64,000 nt of DNA from an uncultured virus (IMG/VR IMGVR_UViG_3300046004_000626) (taxonomy: Duplodnaviria; Heunggongvirae; Uroviricota; Caudoviricetes), in the IMG/VR virus record IMGVR_UViG_3300046004_000626; one strand, written 5' to 3'. A program made the position numbers and the translations under genes. The notes under the pieces were generated by a model. That model saw only the letters and a program-made list of their open reading frames with translations. It did no database searches and was not told the origin of the DNA. Below, piece after piece: positions 20,025 through 30,696 of the stretch (position 1 is the stretch's first letter; each line of letters begins with the position of its first letter).

Positions 20025-20053
20025 ATTATACTACACTAACTGATAAATGTCAA
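20025..20053 (-). promoter_or_regulatory. sigma70-type early promoter
   Basis: TTGACA-17-TATAAT on the minus strand, 7 nt before the NUDIX ATG. Confidence 0.85.
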
Positions 20054-21454
20054 CTAAAGAACTAATGTCCAATTTCCGTTACGATATTCCCCTTCAAACG
20101 ATTTAACCCACTGATTGAGATTCCATTTATACTGCGTTCCAGTATTCAAATTTGACACATATTGTAACACAGTTTCGGCCGCGCTGTCAAACACCACAGT
20201 CCAGTGTGTACCATTAAATTCAATAATATCGTTGGCACCTGCTATTAAATCTAAATCATCTGTACCACGCCACGCACTTGGGCCATCAAACGCACCATTT
20301 GCAGTACTACCGATTGCATTTAATATTAAATAACGAGTACCTGTTACGGCGCTTTGTGCCAGTGCAACCGCAGTATTCTTTCGAGGATCGACAATAGCAT
20401 CGATTGCATCTAGTGTATTTGCTGGATAGGTATCGATATCCGCATTGAAAATTAATAGACTATCATCGGTTGGGTGATAGCTAACTGTACCGATAATCTC
20501 CGATACTCCGTCATTCGCTAGTAATCTAATTTGACTAATGCCTTCGACCAATGAACCGTAGACATTAACTAAATTGTGCCAATTATCTCGTGTGCCGATT
20601 TTAGTTGGAGTAGTTAACGTGGGTTCTCTTAAGGTTTCTACGTCTTGTATTTTAAGCAAGGTAAGCGTGTTGCCAATTAATAAAACTCCGTAGTCCAAGG
20701 GAGTATAATACATACGAGTACCCATTAGATTATCTTCGGTGTAAGCAGCAGAGTTTAAATCACCCTGTGCATCATGTATATTTGCAATAATTTTTTGTAT
20801 AACACCCAGCTTTTTAACTTTGGCGGGCGGGCTAATCCAAATAGGCAATTTAAATGTCAGTGTAGCAACATCAATTTGATTTTCAGTGCCCACAGGTATT
20901 GCCCGGCTTGACCAATTAGGGCTATCTAAATATATAACACTTAAACTTGTCCAGTCGATATAATTGTCTGTACTTTGTATTTCTAAACCTGGATTAAATA
21001 ACGGTAATATTTGTTCAATCAATTGTAATTTTTGTTTAGTATTACTAGTCCATATATCTAATTTTAATTCTAATGTATATGGCACAGGCATTATGCGTTC
21101 GATAGTAAATGCGTTACCTTGTGTTTGTTCGTAGGTATCTGTATCTGAATCATATTTACGTTGACGTATACTCATATTATTAACGTAAGTTGGGCTCTGT
21201 ACACGATCTCTATCGTAGGTTAATCCGCTGATATATGTAGCCATTGCTGGCACAGTCTGCATAGTGTTTTCACTATTGTTTGCTAAAATTGCCGCAACTT
21301 GTCTGCTACCATCTGCATAATAAACTGGTACACGTTGTAGAGTTTTGCTACCAGTGCGATCCTGTCCAAACTCAACTTCGTAGCCGCTCATTATTCTAAT
21401 GAATTGTACTACAAAGCGTTCAATTTGACCATCATAAAAATATTGACTGCTCAT
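20054..21454 (-). CDS. gp15: tail sheath stabiliser/terminator, gp15-like
   Basis: YFYDGQIERF, VPVYYA, MPVPYTL...QLIEQILPLFNP motifs. Confidence 0.8.
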   Translation of the reverse strand: MSSQYFYDGQIERFVVQFIRIMSGYEVEFGQDRTGSKTLQRVPVYYADGSRQVAAILANNSENTMQTVPAMATYISGLTYDRDRVQSPTYVNNMSIRQRKYDSDTDTYEQTQGNAFTIERIMPVPYTLELKLDIWTSNTKQKLQLIEQILPLFNPGLEIQSTDNYIDWTSLSVIYLDSPNWSSRAIPVGTENQIDVATLTFKLPIWISPPAKVKKLGVIQKIIANIHDAQGDLNSAAYTEDNLMGTRMYYTPLDYGVLLIGNTLTLLKIQDVETLREPTLTTPTKIGTRDNWHNLVNVYGSLVEGISQIRLLANDGVSEIIGTVSYHPTDDSLLIFNADIDTYPANTLDAIDAIVDPRKNTAVALAQSAVTGTRYLILNAIGSTANGAFDGPSAWRGTDDLDLIAGANDIIEFNGTHWTVVFDSAAETVLQYVSNLNTGTQYKWNLNQWVKSFEGEYRNGNWTLVL

Positions 21455-22995
21455 TAGTTATCCGCCAAAGGTGAAAGTATGTCAGATAAACCCTGACGTT
21501 CCGGTGTTACTTTACTGTAAACTGTGTATTCTAGCATATCGTTACTAGATAGTGTATTTGTGATGGTAAATGACACATTTCCAGCAGTATTTGCTACAGT
21601 ATTGGTAATATGTGTGCCATTTAATGTAGTTTTTACGCCATGTGTGCTAACATACGCAATTTTTGTTACAACTGTCTTAGTTGACATATTAAATGATAAT
21701 GTTTTTGCGTTGCCCGCCGGAGTGTAAGAGGTAGCAACACGAATTGCGTCCCAACCAAGTCCGCCACTATATGTGGCATTTATATTATTAACAAAACCAC
21801 TACGTTGAGTTGTATTATCTAATCCCGGTGTTAGGTTAGTGCGTACAGAATCCTCAATTTTAATCCAACGTTTAGAATCGTACCGGAATAGTCTGTTAGG
21901 AACATAATCTAAGCGTAGGTAGTAATCGCCAACGGCTGGAGTAGACGGAAACGCAATTCCTGCACTAACCGCCAATCCGTTTGGCGGCAAACCTGTACTT
22001 GTTAAGTATCCTTGTACTTTAGCAGTAGATGTAATAGCTACATTTGGTAAATTATTAGTATCAACTGGCAAGGTATAAATGGTACTAGTGTCATATCCAC
22101 TTAGTGGCACTTCGGCTTCTGCCCGAGCAATAATAGCATCGTTAACCGCAGTATACTTGTCGTAGGTGCTTAATAAATCACCAATTGGTGTATTGTTATC
22201 ATCGCCACTGCTGATGTTTTGTGTAATGTCTTTGTATTCTTGACTATCGACCAGCGGAGCAACTTTAACACGCCATAAATGCGGATACCATGTTTGACTA
22301 AATCCTTCTGCCGCACGTGTAGCATCTTGCACAACGTAATAACGTTTTAGCGCACTGGGTAAATCATCGTCTAATGGATAAAAGTCTTTTAAATGTGGTA
22401 GTTCCATTACGTCGCCTACCATAATCTTACGACCTAGTGTTTCAACCATATCGTTCAAATGAAATACCATAAACATAGTATCTCCAGTTAAGAACAAACC
22501 AAACTGACTTAGGTCAAAATCATTGTCGTTCATGCGATAAACACTGCGCATAGTGTAGACACTAGTGTCGTACTTACGATCTCTATTTTCTAAAAACAAT
22601 AGGTCTTGTATATTTTTCACACTTTCATTAGCATAACTAGGCTGTGTTGCATCAGGATAGACGGCAATGGTTGCACCAGACCCAACAATAGCTGTGGTGC
22701 TTGCTGATAATGTAATAGTTGTGCTAGTCTTTGCAATGACTGTTGCGCCAGCAGGAATATTAGTACCCGCAACAAACATACCACGGGTTACAGCCGATGT
22801 ATTAGCAAATACTAATTGGGTGCCAGGCGAACCCTGCGCTGCCGAAGTAGTAATGCTGGTGCCTTGTTCGATTGGACCAAGATACTTGTGAATATTAATA
22901 TCAACGCCGCCAACAGTAAACATCTCACTGATTCTGCGGTCGAAGAATTTATAATCATTTCCCTTATTTGGGCGGTACATGCTTAATCTTGGCAT
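21454..22995 (-). CDS. gp14: neck protein, gp14-like
   Basis: GGVDINIHKYLG, LSQFGLF and GDVMEL motifs; adjacent to the gp15-like gene. Confidence 0.65.
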   Translation of the reverse strand: MPRLSMYRPNKGNDYKFFDRRISEMFTVGGVDINIHKYLGPIEQGTSITTSAAQGSPGTQLVFANTSAVTRGMFVAGTNIPAGATVIAKTSTTITLSASTTAIVGSGATIAVYPDATQPSYANESVKNIQDLLFLENRDRKYDTSVYTMRSVYRMNDNDFDLSQFGLFLTGDTMFMVFHLNDMVETLGRKIMVGDVMELPHLKDFYPLDDDLPSALKRYYVVQDATRAAEGFSQTWYPHLWRVKVAPLVDSQEYKDITQNISSGDDNNTPIGDLLSTYDKYTAVNDAIIARAEAEVPLSGYDTSTIYTLPVDTNNLPNVAITSTAKVQGYLTSTGLPPNGLAVSAGIAFPSTPAVGDYYLRLDYVPNRLFRYDSKRWIKIEDSVRTNLTPGLDNTTQRSGFVNNINATYSGGLGWDAIRVATSYTPAGNAKTLSFNMSTKTVVTKIAYVSTHGVKTTLNGTHITNTVANTAGNVSFTITNTLSSNDMLEYTVYSKVTPERQGLSDILSPLADN

Positions 22996-23029
22996 TACAT
23001 AGTCCTGTATATCTAATATTTAGCTTAGA

Positions 23030-23058
23030 TTGACATAGCTGCAAATAGATGCTATACT
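23030..23058 (+). promoter_or_regulatory. sigma70-type early promoter
   Basis: TTGACA-17-TATACT, 6 nt before ATG 23065. Confidence 0.85.
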
Positions 23059-23064
23059 TGCTTT

Positions 23065-23331
23065 ATGAATGAAATACAATCAAGTTTAGATTGGCCAGAA
23101 GTGCAGACTGCATTAGAAGCGCCATTACATAAAATGAAAAAGTACACGCACGAAATGTGGAACATCAGTCATAATATTGGACTAATGGTTAAAGATATAA
23201 GTAAAGAAGAAATCAATTGTCGTAGACACCAAAAGCAGACTAGACTACATAAAGAATTAGTTGACAAAGTCAATGAAGAGATAGCAAACTATGAACGTAT
23301 GATAACGTTTGCAGTTCTACTGGCAGGATGA
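23065..23331 (+). CDS. hypothetical protein
   Basis: 88-aa helical ORF directly after an early promoter. Confidence 0.65.
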   Translation: MNEIQSSLDWPEVQTALEAPLHKMKKYTHEMWNISHNIGLMVKDISKEEINCRRHQKQTRLHKELVDKVNEEIANYERMITFAVLLAG

Positions 23332-23333
23332 GC

Positions 23334-23362
23334 TTGACAAATACAACAAATGGCTGTATAAT
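23334..23362 (+). promoter_or_regulatory. sigma70-type early promoter
   Basis: TTGACA-17-TATAAT with extended TG. Confidence 0.85.
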
Positions 23363-23394
23363 GCTATATATAAACTATTAACAAGGAAGAACAG

Positions 23395-24588
23395 ATGGCT
23401 ATTAAAATTGACGGAGCAAAGAAAAAAGCTAAGACAGCAACACGTGATCCAATTTTTGCAGATGAGAAAGCTGTTGGTAGTGAGCCAGTTTGGGATACCG
23501 AACGTGCGTTAAAGTTTACAGATGAAGAGTTTGATCACGAGATGCGCAAGAGCTTGCGCTATTACAACTATTTCTATTCTAGCAAAGAGCTTAAAAAGTA
23601 TTTGGTCGAGTGGTTAAAACAGACAGCAGGCGTTGCTCATAAACTAGATGCTGTAACTATTACACGTTTTGCTAAAAGCACAGACGGTTACACTCCGTTA
23701 ACTGCGCCTGCGCTGATTAAAGCACACAGTAAGGGTATGCCATTGCGTGAACGTGAAATCAAATACATTATTGGTGCCGTAACTAAAGCATTAGCATTGG
23801 ATGATAACGATGTTAAGGTACTTGAAGAAATAACAGATAAAACCAAACCAGCAGTTAAGGTGCCTACTATTCAGGACCGTATGAATGAGATTATGAAAAC
23901 TCATATCTTGCACTTCGAAGAACTTGAAGATAGTTTGTACGAAGGTAAGACTGTAGAACCTAAAGCATACGAATACCTAAGTGGTAAAGGCGTACCACAG
24001 GCAATGCTAGGTAAAATACAGGCTGTGTTTGAACGTCGTTATGCTGAAATTACAGAAGCTAAGTCAACAAGCGACGAAGACTTAAAAGAAGCATACAGCT
24101 ATATGAAAGCGGCAGACTGGAAACGTTATGATGCTTTCTATACTCGATTGTTTGACGGCATTGCACAGTATGGACAGGTTAAGAAAGCAACTAAGAAAGC
24201 GGCAGTGCGTAAGCCTCCGCAAAAAGAAAAACTTATTGCTAAACTCAAGTATGCTAAAAACGATACTACCAATAAACTAGTATCAATCAACCCAGTTGAC
24301 ATCATAGGCGCCACCGAGCTTTGGGTCTACAATATTAAGACACGTAAACTAGGCAAATACATAGCAGAAGATATGGGTGGTGCACTTGGTGTTAAAGGTA
24401 CTGCTATAACAGGTTTTAACGAGTCTACAAGCGTACAAAAAACTTTACGTAAGCCAGAGGTGCAGCTAAAAGAATTCTTAGCCGCGGGCAAGATTGAATT
24501 GCGTAAGTTCTTAGACAATATCAAAGCAACTGATATTAAACTAAATGGACGTATCAACCTTGATACTATTTTACTCAAAGTAGCATAA
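23395..24588 (+). CDS. conserved hypothetical myovirus protein
   Basis: 397 aa, AAGGA RBS; C-terminal KTLRKPE...LNGRIN motif. Confidence 0.75.
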   Translation: MAIKIDGAKKKAKTATRDPIFADEKAVGSEPVWDTERALKFTDEEFDHEMRKSLRYYNYFYSSKELKKYLVEWLKQTAGVAHKLDAVTITRFAKSTDGYTPLTAPALIKAHSKGMPLREREIKYIIGAVTKALALDDNDVKVLEEITDKTKPAVKVPTIQDRMNEIMKTHILHFEELEDSLYEGKTVEPKAYEYLSGKGVPQAMLGKIQAVFERRYAEITEAKSTSDEDLKEAYSYMKAADWKRYDAFYTRLFDGIAQYGQVKKATKKAAVRKPPQKEKLIAKLKYAKNDTTNKLVSINPVDIIGATELWVYNIKTRKLGKYIAEDMGGALGVKGTAITGFNESTSVQKTLRKPEVQLKEFLAAGKIELRKFLDNIKATDIKLNGRINLDTILLKVA

Positions 24589-24597
24589 ACATTAAAA

Positions 24598-24635
24598 GTC
24601 ATCCTGTTAGTGCTAAATATACGAAACAGGATGAT
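24598..24635 (+). promoter_or_regulatory. RBS-sequestering hairpin with late promoter (TAAATA) in its loop
   Basis: GTCATCCTGTT pairs with AACAGGATGAT, which contains the AGGA RBS; CTAAATA at 24613-24619. Confidence 0.75.
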
Positions 24636-24640
24636 TTCAC

Positions 24641-25525
24641 ATGGCAACAGCAACAGGTAATTTAACCGCAAATCTCAGTCTAACTACAGACAGTTTATAC
24701 AATCCAGTTACCGGTACAGGTGCTGGGCATATTGCTTATGATGCAACTCCGCTGATACCAGAGAATCAACAACGCAACGATATCATTGATTACATTCGTC
24801 TACGATTAGGTGATCAAATTGTTGATGTCGAAGCAGATAAAGAACATTACGACATGGGTATTAAGCAGGCCTTTATACGTTATCGTCAACGCAGTTCAAA
24901 CGCAGTAGAAGAAAGCTATGCGTTCTTAGATTTACAACCAGAAACACAAGAATACATATTACCACGTGAGATTATGGACGTTAGACAAATATTTCGTCGT
25001 GGTATCGGTAGTGTAACAGGTACTACAGCTAGTCAATTTGAACCATTTGCAAGTGGATATTTAAACACTTATATGTTAGTGGCAGGACGAGTAGGTGGAC
25101 TTGCTAACTACGAATTGTTTACACAATACCAAGAGCTAGCAATGACTATGTTTGGTGGCTACATGAACTTTACGTTCAATAAAGCAACTAAAAAATTAAC
25201 AGTATTGCGCAAACAACCTTGGCAAGGACCAAACTCTACTGCGGTAGAAAGTGTTGCGTTATGGGTATACAATGTTAAACCTGATAATATGTTGTTAAAC
25301 GATCCGCAGGTATATCCGTGGATACAAGACTATGCTTATGCATTGGTGATGATGAGTATAGGTCAAGCACGTGAGAAATTTGCTACTATTGCTGGTCCAC
25401 AAGGCGGTGGCAGTTTAAATGGTGCAGCACTTAAAGCAGAAGGACAGGCATTGCTAGATAAACTTGATGCTGAAATATCAACTTATGCCGACGGCGGCAC
25501 CCCTTTAACTTGGATAACTGGTTAA
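24641..25525 (+). CDS. gp13: neck protein, gp13-like
   Basis: YIRLRLGD-IVDVE, WIQDYA-A, KFATIAGPQGG-SLNG motifs. Confidence 0.8.
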   Translation: MATATGNLTANLSLTTDSLYNPVTGTGAGHIAYDATPLIPENQQRNDIIDYIRLRLGDQIVDVEADKEHYDMGIKQAFIRYRQRSSNAVEESYAFLDLQPETQEYILPREIMDVRQIFRRGIGSVTGTTASQFEPFASGYLNTYMLVAGRVGGLANYELFTQYQELAMTMFGGYMNFTFNKATKKLTVLRKQPWQGPNSTAVESVALWVYNVKPDNMLLNDPQVYPWIQDYAYALVMMSIGQAREKFATIAGPQGGGSLNGAALKAEGQALLDKLDAEISTYADGGTPLTWITG

Positions 25526-25533
25526 ATCAATAA

Positions 25534-25562
25534 TTGACACCTGGCAATAAAAAAAGTATAAT
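25534..25562 (+). promoter_or_regulatory. sigma70-type early promoter
   Basis: TTGACA-17-TATAAT. Confidence 0.85.
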
Positions 25563-25586
25563 ATACTATATACAGAAAGGAATAGT

Positions 25587-26252
25587 ATGATTATATCAGT
25601 GACAGGCTTCATCGGTTCAGGCAAGGACACAATCGCAGATTACCTAGTAGCAGAGCACGGCTTTAAACGTGAGAGCTTTGCTGGCACACTCAAAGATGCA
25701 GTTGCAACAGTATTTGGTTGGGACCGTGAACTATTAGAAGGACGCAGTGCAGAAGGCAGAGCCTGGCGCGAACGAGTAGATCCATGGTGGGCCAAACGCT
25801 TAAAAATGCCAAAACTAACTCCACGTTGGGTACTGCAAAACTGGGGCACGGAAGTATGTCGTCAAGGTTTCCATACTGATATATGGATAGCAAGTCTAGA
25901 AAATAAACTACGTAAAACAAACGAAGACATTGTGATTTCGGATTGTCGCTTTCCCAATGAAATTAAAATGATTAAGAATCTGGGTGGCAAAACAGTACGT
26001 GTTAAACGTGGCAATGAACCTGAATGGTACAATGCTGCTAAGACTGTAAATGCTGGTATGAAAAAGATTGGCTGGGCATTAGGTAAAAGTGAGTTAGATC
26101 GCTTAGGCATCCACCCAAGTGAATATGCCTGGATTGGTACTAAGTTTGATGTTACTGTGACTAACGATGGTAGCATAGATGAATTGTATGCTAGCACCGA
26201 AGAATTGATTATATCAGAAATCCGGAGTCAAATCACCCTGAGTCCAACCTAG
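25587..26252 (+). CDS. gp1: deoxynucleoside monophosphate kinase
   Basis: GFIGSGKDT P-loop, TPRWVLQNWGTE, ISDCRFPNE and HPSE motifs. Confidence 0.9.
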   Translation: MIISVTGFIGSGKDTIADYLVAEHGFKRESFAGTLKDAVATVFGWDRELLEGRSAEGRAWRERVDPWWAKRLKMPKLTPRWVLQNWGTEVCRQGFHTDIWIASLENKLRKTNEDIVISDCRFPNEIKMIKNLGGKTVRVKRGNEPEWYNAAKTVNAGMKKIGWALGKSELDRLGIHPSEYAWIGTKFDVTVTNDGSIDELYASTEELIISEIRSQITLSPT

Positions 26253-26564
26253 GCCTTCTTTAACAATGGTAATTTGACAATTTGCGCATATTGTTCTTAG
26301 ATTGAACAGCGAATTATTTTTTAAATTACCATCGATATAATATACGCTGAGTTGTTCTTTATACTTGGCCTTAAAGCCACATTTTTCGCAGTGTGGCTTT
26401 TTCTTATACCCAGCAAGCATCCATGTCGGTTTTTGTGGTACTAGCTTTCTGTTCTTTCTAATACAGCCGCTGCATCTTGTTCGAAAATGAGTTACTCCAT
26501 CGCGCTTATAATTAATTGCTGCGGGGTTTCTGGTACAACTTTGGCATAAGGGGCGAAATTCCAT
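26214..26564 (-). CDS. Zn-finger/degenerate HNH-like protein
   Basis: Four CxxC pairs; YIDGNLKNN...NLRTICANC; TATAAATA (26569-26576, minus strand) 4 nt before the ATG. Confidence 0.7.
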   Translation of the reverse strand: MEFRPLCQSCTRNPAAINYKRDGVTHFRTRCSGCIRKNRKLVPQKPTWMLAGYKKKPHCEKCGFKAKYKEQLSVYYIDGNLKNNSLFNLRTICANCQITIVKEGLGWTQGDLTPDF

Positions 26565-26663
26565 ACAGTATTTATAGTAAACCTTTGCCAAAGGCACCTT
26601 AATAGACTATATTTTGATAATACTGATAAATATTTTAAAGTATTATAATATAAGGATACTAAA

Positions 26664-29600
26664 ATGGCATCATTAATTTCCCCAGGCGTATCGGTTTCGA
26701 TTATAGACGAAAGCCAATACCAACCAACCGCAACTGGTACAGTTGCTTATGTATTATTGGCTACAGACCAAGATAAAATAAATCCAGATGGCACAGTTGC
26801 TACTTACACAACAAAAGCAAATGCTGGTAAATTAATTAAACTTACAAGTCAACGTGAATTAGTCGCAGGCTTTGGTAGTGTTAATTTTCAAGTTGATTCT
26901 AGCGATAATCCAATTCATGCACACGAATTAAATGAATATGGTTTACTTGCAGCATACAGTGCATTAGGTGTGTCTAATCAAATATACGTTCAACGTGCTG
27001 ATGTTAACCTATCTGAGTTAGCTGGTACAAGTATCCGCCCAACAGGCACTGCTTCGGATGGTACATATTGGTTAGATGTAAGTGCTTCTGGTACTAACTG
27101 GGGTATTACTGAATGGAGTGAAGACACCACAGGATTTACATTACAAAATCCATTAGTAATTACTGATACTGCACAATTGAGTGGCAGTGTTCCGTTAGCT
27201 TCAGTAGGAACAATCGGTAGCTATGCGGTTAATACAACAACAACATCTAATCCAGTTTATTTTAAACGTTATGATAATACCTGGGTATTAGTTGGTAGCG
27301 ATGCATGGAAGACAGCAATTCCTACTGTTGTGGGTACAGTGTCTAACCCAACAACATTGACAACTAGTCAAAAAATGGTCATTAACGGCGTTAATGTGTC
27401 TATGACAAGTACCACTGTTACTCAAGCGGCAGCTGATATTGCCGGTGCGTCTATTCCAGGTGTTACTGCAACAGTTAACAGTGTTGGTCAACTTGAAATT
27501 AGAGCTAACAGTCTAGCTAGAAGTAACGGAGTTACAGCGGATGGTAAATTAACTATTGCTAAAGGTACTACAATTTCTGTACCAGCTCCGGATTGTGCTG
27601 CAAACTTAGGAATAATTAGTAGCAATGTTTCTGTTACAAGTGTAACATTAAATGGTCCAACAATCACATTTGATACGTATCGTAATGCTCCTGCGTGGAG
27701 AACCAGTGATGTTACACCTCGTCCAGCCGGCAGTGTGTGGTTCAAAACATCTGCTACAGGTAACGGAGCAAACTGGGGTATTAAAAAATATAATGCTCTA
27801 TTAGAATCATGGGAATTACAAGCCGCGCCATTGTATGCTAGCGATACTGATGCAATCAATGGTTTAGATTTAGTTGGCGGCGGTGGCCAATTGGGTGTTG
27901 GTACATTGTATGTTAAATACGACACTTTAGGTGCAACAACTGCTACATTTAAACCATATGTTAAAAATGTAACTGGTATTGTAAAAATAACAGGTACAAC
28001 TGCTGGCGGTTCATTTACATATGATGCAAATGATGCATTTATTATGGAAGTTAGTGTACCAGGTTCAACTCTAACAGAATCTGCAACTATTAATTTAAGC
28101 AGTACAACAGCTACAAGTTTAGTAGCTGATATATTGGCCGCAGGTTTAACAAATATTGCAGCAGCAATTGAAACTTCTGGCGCAGTTAGCATTAGTCATC
28201 TTGCTGGCGGTACAATTAAATTCACACAAACATCAGGTACTCCATTACTTGATGCAGGTTTAACAACTGCTGCCAATATGCAAACAATAACAGCAGGTAG
28301 TGTTTACTTGGCTAGTCCGTTTACTCCGTTGACTTATACATACTCAACAACTGCTCCATACAGCAATCCAGCTGATGGTACATTATGGTATTATAATTCA
28401 GCAATCGAAGTTGATATTATGGTTAACGACGGTAGTGGCTGGGTAGGTTATCAAAATCTAGCAAATGATGCACGTGGTTATGATTTAACAGCAACAGATC
28501 CACTAGGTCCTATCTTAGCAGCAAGTAAACCAACTACACAGGTTAGTGGTGCCCAATTACAACCAGGTGATTTATGGATTGATACTAGCGACTTAGAAAA
28601 CTATCCAGTAATTTATCGTTATACAGATGTAGCTGGTGTGTGGGAATTGATTGATAATACAGATCAAGTTAGTGCAGACGGCATACTATTTGCAGATGCA
28701 CGCTGGGGTGTTGATGGTACAGAAGATCCAATCGTTGATACAATTCCGAGCATTGTTGATTTAGCATCAAGCGATTATATAGATTCAGATTGCCCTGACT
28801 ATCAATTGTATCCTCGTGGTACATTGCTATTCAATACACGTCGTAGCGGTTACGGTGTAAAACGTTTCGAAAGCACATATTTTGCAGATGATCTTAATCC
28901 TCCAGCAGAAGTGGGCACATGGGTAAGTAACAGTGGCGTTGATCAAAACTTAGTTCCTTACTTTGGGCATAAAGCAGTTCGCAACGTTATTGTTGAAGCT
29001 ATGAAATCTGCAATTGAATCAAGCACTGCATTACGTGAAGAACAAGTACAGTTTAACTTAATTTGCGCTCCTGGTTATCCTGAACTAATCACTAACATGA
29101 TTACTTTAAATAACGATCGTAAACAAACTGCATTTATTATTGGTGACAGTCCACTTACATTAAATTCAGCTTCAACACAAATTGAAGCCTGGGCAAGCAA
29201 TCAAAATCTTGCTGCAGATAATGGCATAAACGGATTAGTAAGCACAAGTGAATATGTAGGTGTGTTCTACCCAAGCGGTCTAGGTACAGATTTAGGTGGT
29301 GAAAGTGTTGTAGTTCCTCCAAGTCATATGATGTTACGTACAATGATCCGTAGCGATAATGTTAGCTATCCATGGTTTGCACCAGCTGGCGTACGTCGTG
29401 GTTTAATTGACAACGTTAGCTCAATTGGTTATGTTGATACAACTGATGGTAATGCATTCCGTAGCATTGGTGTTACTGCTGGGTTACGTGATGTATTATA
29501 TGCACAAAAAGTTAACCCATTAACAGTATTACCAGGTGTTGGTTTAGTTAACTACGGTCAAAAAACTCGCGCGGCATCAACAAGTGCAATGGATCGCATT

Positions 29601-29912
29601 AATGTTGCTCGTTTAGTATGTTACCTACGTAAAGTATTAGATGAAGTTGCTCGTCCGTTCATATTTGAACCAAACGATACAATTACACGTAACCAAGTTA
29701 AACAAGCATTTGAATCAGTACTTAATGATGTAGTTGCTAAACGTGGTATCTACGATTACTTAGTAGTTTGCGATACAACTAACAATACACCAGATCGTAT
29801 TGACCGTAACGAATTGTACATCGATATTGCAATTGAGCCAGTTAAAGCAATTGAATTCATCTACATTCCAGTACGTTTGAAAAATACAGGTGCTATTGCA
29901 GCAGGGTTATAA
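26664..29912 (+). CDS. gp18: contractile tail sheath protein
   Basis: SPGVSV N-terminus; PWFAPAG-RRG, RINVARL, FEPND-ITR and CD-TNNTP motifs. Confidence 0.95.
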   Translation: MASLISPGVSVSIIDESQYQPTATGTVAYVLLATDQDKINPDGTVATYTTKANAGKLIKLTSQRELVAGFGSVNFQVDSSDNPIHAHELNEYGLLAAYSALGVSNQIYVQRADVNLSELAGTSIRPTGTASDGTYWLDVSASGTNWGITEWSEDTTGFTLQNPLVITDTAQLSGSVPLASVGTIGSYAVNTTTTSNPVYFKRYDNTWVLVGSDAWKTAIPTVVGTVSNPTTLTTSQKMVINGVNVSMTSTTVTQAAADIAGASIPGVTATVNSVGQLEIRANSLARSNGVTADGKLTIAKGTTISVPAPDCAANLGIISSNVSVTSVTLNGPTITFDTYRNAPAWRTSDVTPRPAGSVWFKTSATGNGANWGIKKYNALLESWELQAAPLYASDTDAINGLDLVGGGGQLGVGTLYVKYDTLGATTATFKPYVKNVTGIVKITGTTAGGSFTYDANDAFIMEVSVPGSTLTESATINLSSTTATSLVADILAAGLTNIAAAIETSGAVSISHLAGGTIKFTQTSGTPLLDAGLTTAANMQTITAGSVYLASPFTPLTYTYSTTAPYSNPADGTLWYYNSAIEVDIMVNDGSGWVGYQNLANDARGYDLTATDPLGPILAASKPTTQVSGAQLQPGDLWIDTSDLENYPVIYRYTDVAGVWELIDNTDQVSADGILFADARWGVDGTEDPIVDTIPSIVDLASSDYIDSDCPDYQLYPRGTLLFNTRRSGYGVKRFESTYFADDLNPPAEVGTWVSNSGVDQNLVPYFGHKAVRNVIVEAMKSAIESSTALREEQVQFNLICAPGYPELITNMITLNNDRKQTAFIIGDSPLTLNSASTQIEAWASNQNLAADNGINGLVSTSEYVGVFYPSGLGTDLGGESVVVPPSHMMLRTMIRSDNVSYPWFAPAGVRRGLIDNVSSIGYVDTTDGNAFRSIGVTAGLRDVLYAQKVNPLTVLPGVGLVNYGQKTRAASTSAMDRINVARLVCYLRKVLDEVARPFIFEPNDTITRNQVKQAFESVLNDVVAKRGIYDYLVVCDTTNNTPDRIDRNELYIDIAIEPVKAIEFIYIPVRLKNTGAIAAGL

Positions 29913-29996
29913 TTAATAAAGTATGTATATAATGGGGAAGGCGACTTCCCCAGTTATGTACTAAGAAAGAACTAAATATATAAAAGGAATACTAAG

Positions 29997-30614
29997 ATGG
30001 CAACATCATCATTAAGCAAGTTTACCGTACCGCTAAGTACAAACCAAAGTGCAAGTGCGCAAGGTTTGTTAATGCCTAAATTAAAGTTCCGCTTTCGCGT
30101 AACATTTGAGAATTTTGGTGTTAGTCAACCATCAACTGAGTTAACTAAACAGGTTATGGATTTTAAACGTCCAACATTAAGTTTTGAAGAAATCTTAATT
30201 CCTGTATATAACAGTAAAGTTTACCTTGCTGGCAAACCAACCTGGGACGCTGTTACCTGCAACCTACGTGATGATGCATCTGGCGAAGTTAGCAAACGTG
30301 TTGGTGAGCAACTACAAAAACAATTCGACTTTATGGAACAAGCTAGTGCTTCTAGTGGTATTGACTATAAATTCGTTACACGTTGGGAAGCCTTAGATGG
30401 TGGCAATGGCGCAAGTGAGCCAACAATCCTTGAATCATGGGAAATGTATGGTTGCTACTTGTCAAGTGCAGACTACGGTGATTCTAACTATGGTACAAAT
30501 GATCCAATGACAATTGCATTAACAATTCGTTATGATAATGCTGTTCAAACTCCAGTTGGTACAGGTGTTGGTAGTGTTGTTGCAAGAACATTAGGTACTA
30601 CAATTACTGGTTAA
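29997..30614 (+). CDS. gp19: tail tube protein
   Basis: Follows the sheath gene; FRFRV, YLAGK-TW, W-MYGC and IRYD motifs. Confidence 0.85.
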   Translation: MATSSLSKFTVPLSTNQSASAQGLLMPKLKFRFRVTFENFGVSQPSTELTKQVMDFKRPTLSFEEILIPVYNSKVYLAGKPTWDAVTCNLRDDASGEVSKRVGEQLQKQFDFMEQASASSGIDYKFVTRWEALDGGNGASEPTILESWEMYGCYLSSADYGDSNYGTNDPMTIALTIRYDNAVQTPVGTGVGSVVARTLGTTITG

Positions 30615-30637
30615 TACCCGTAAATGAAACAACTTAA

Positions 30638-30667
30638 AAGCTCGGTTAATTACCGGGCTTTTTTTTG
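30638..30667 (+). terminator. intrinsic terminator
   Basis: AAAGCTCGGT-TAATT-ACCGGGCTTT followed by a T run. Confidence 0.8.
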
Positions 30668-30696
30668 GCGATAAATAATATAAATGGATAGAACAA

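Noticed and set aside
26214..26564. Active mobile HNH homing endonuclease
   Set aside because: The catalytic His positions read Y and Q; more likely a domesticated Zn-binding late protein
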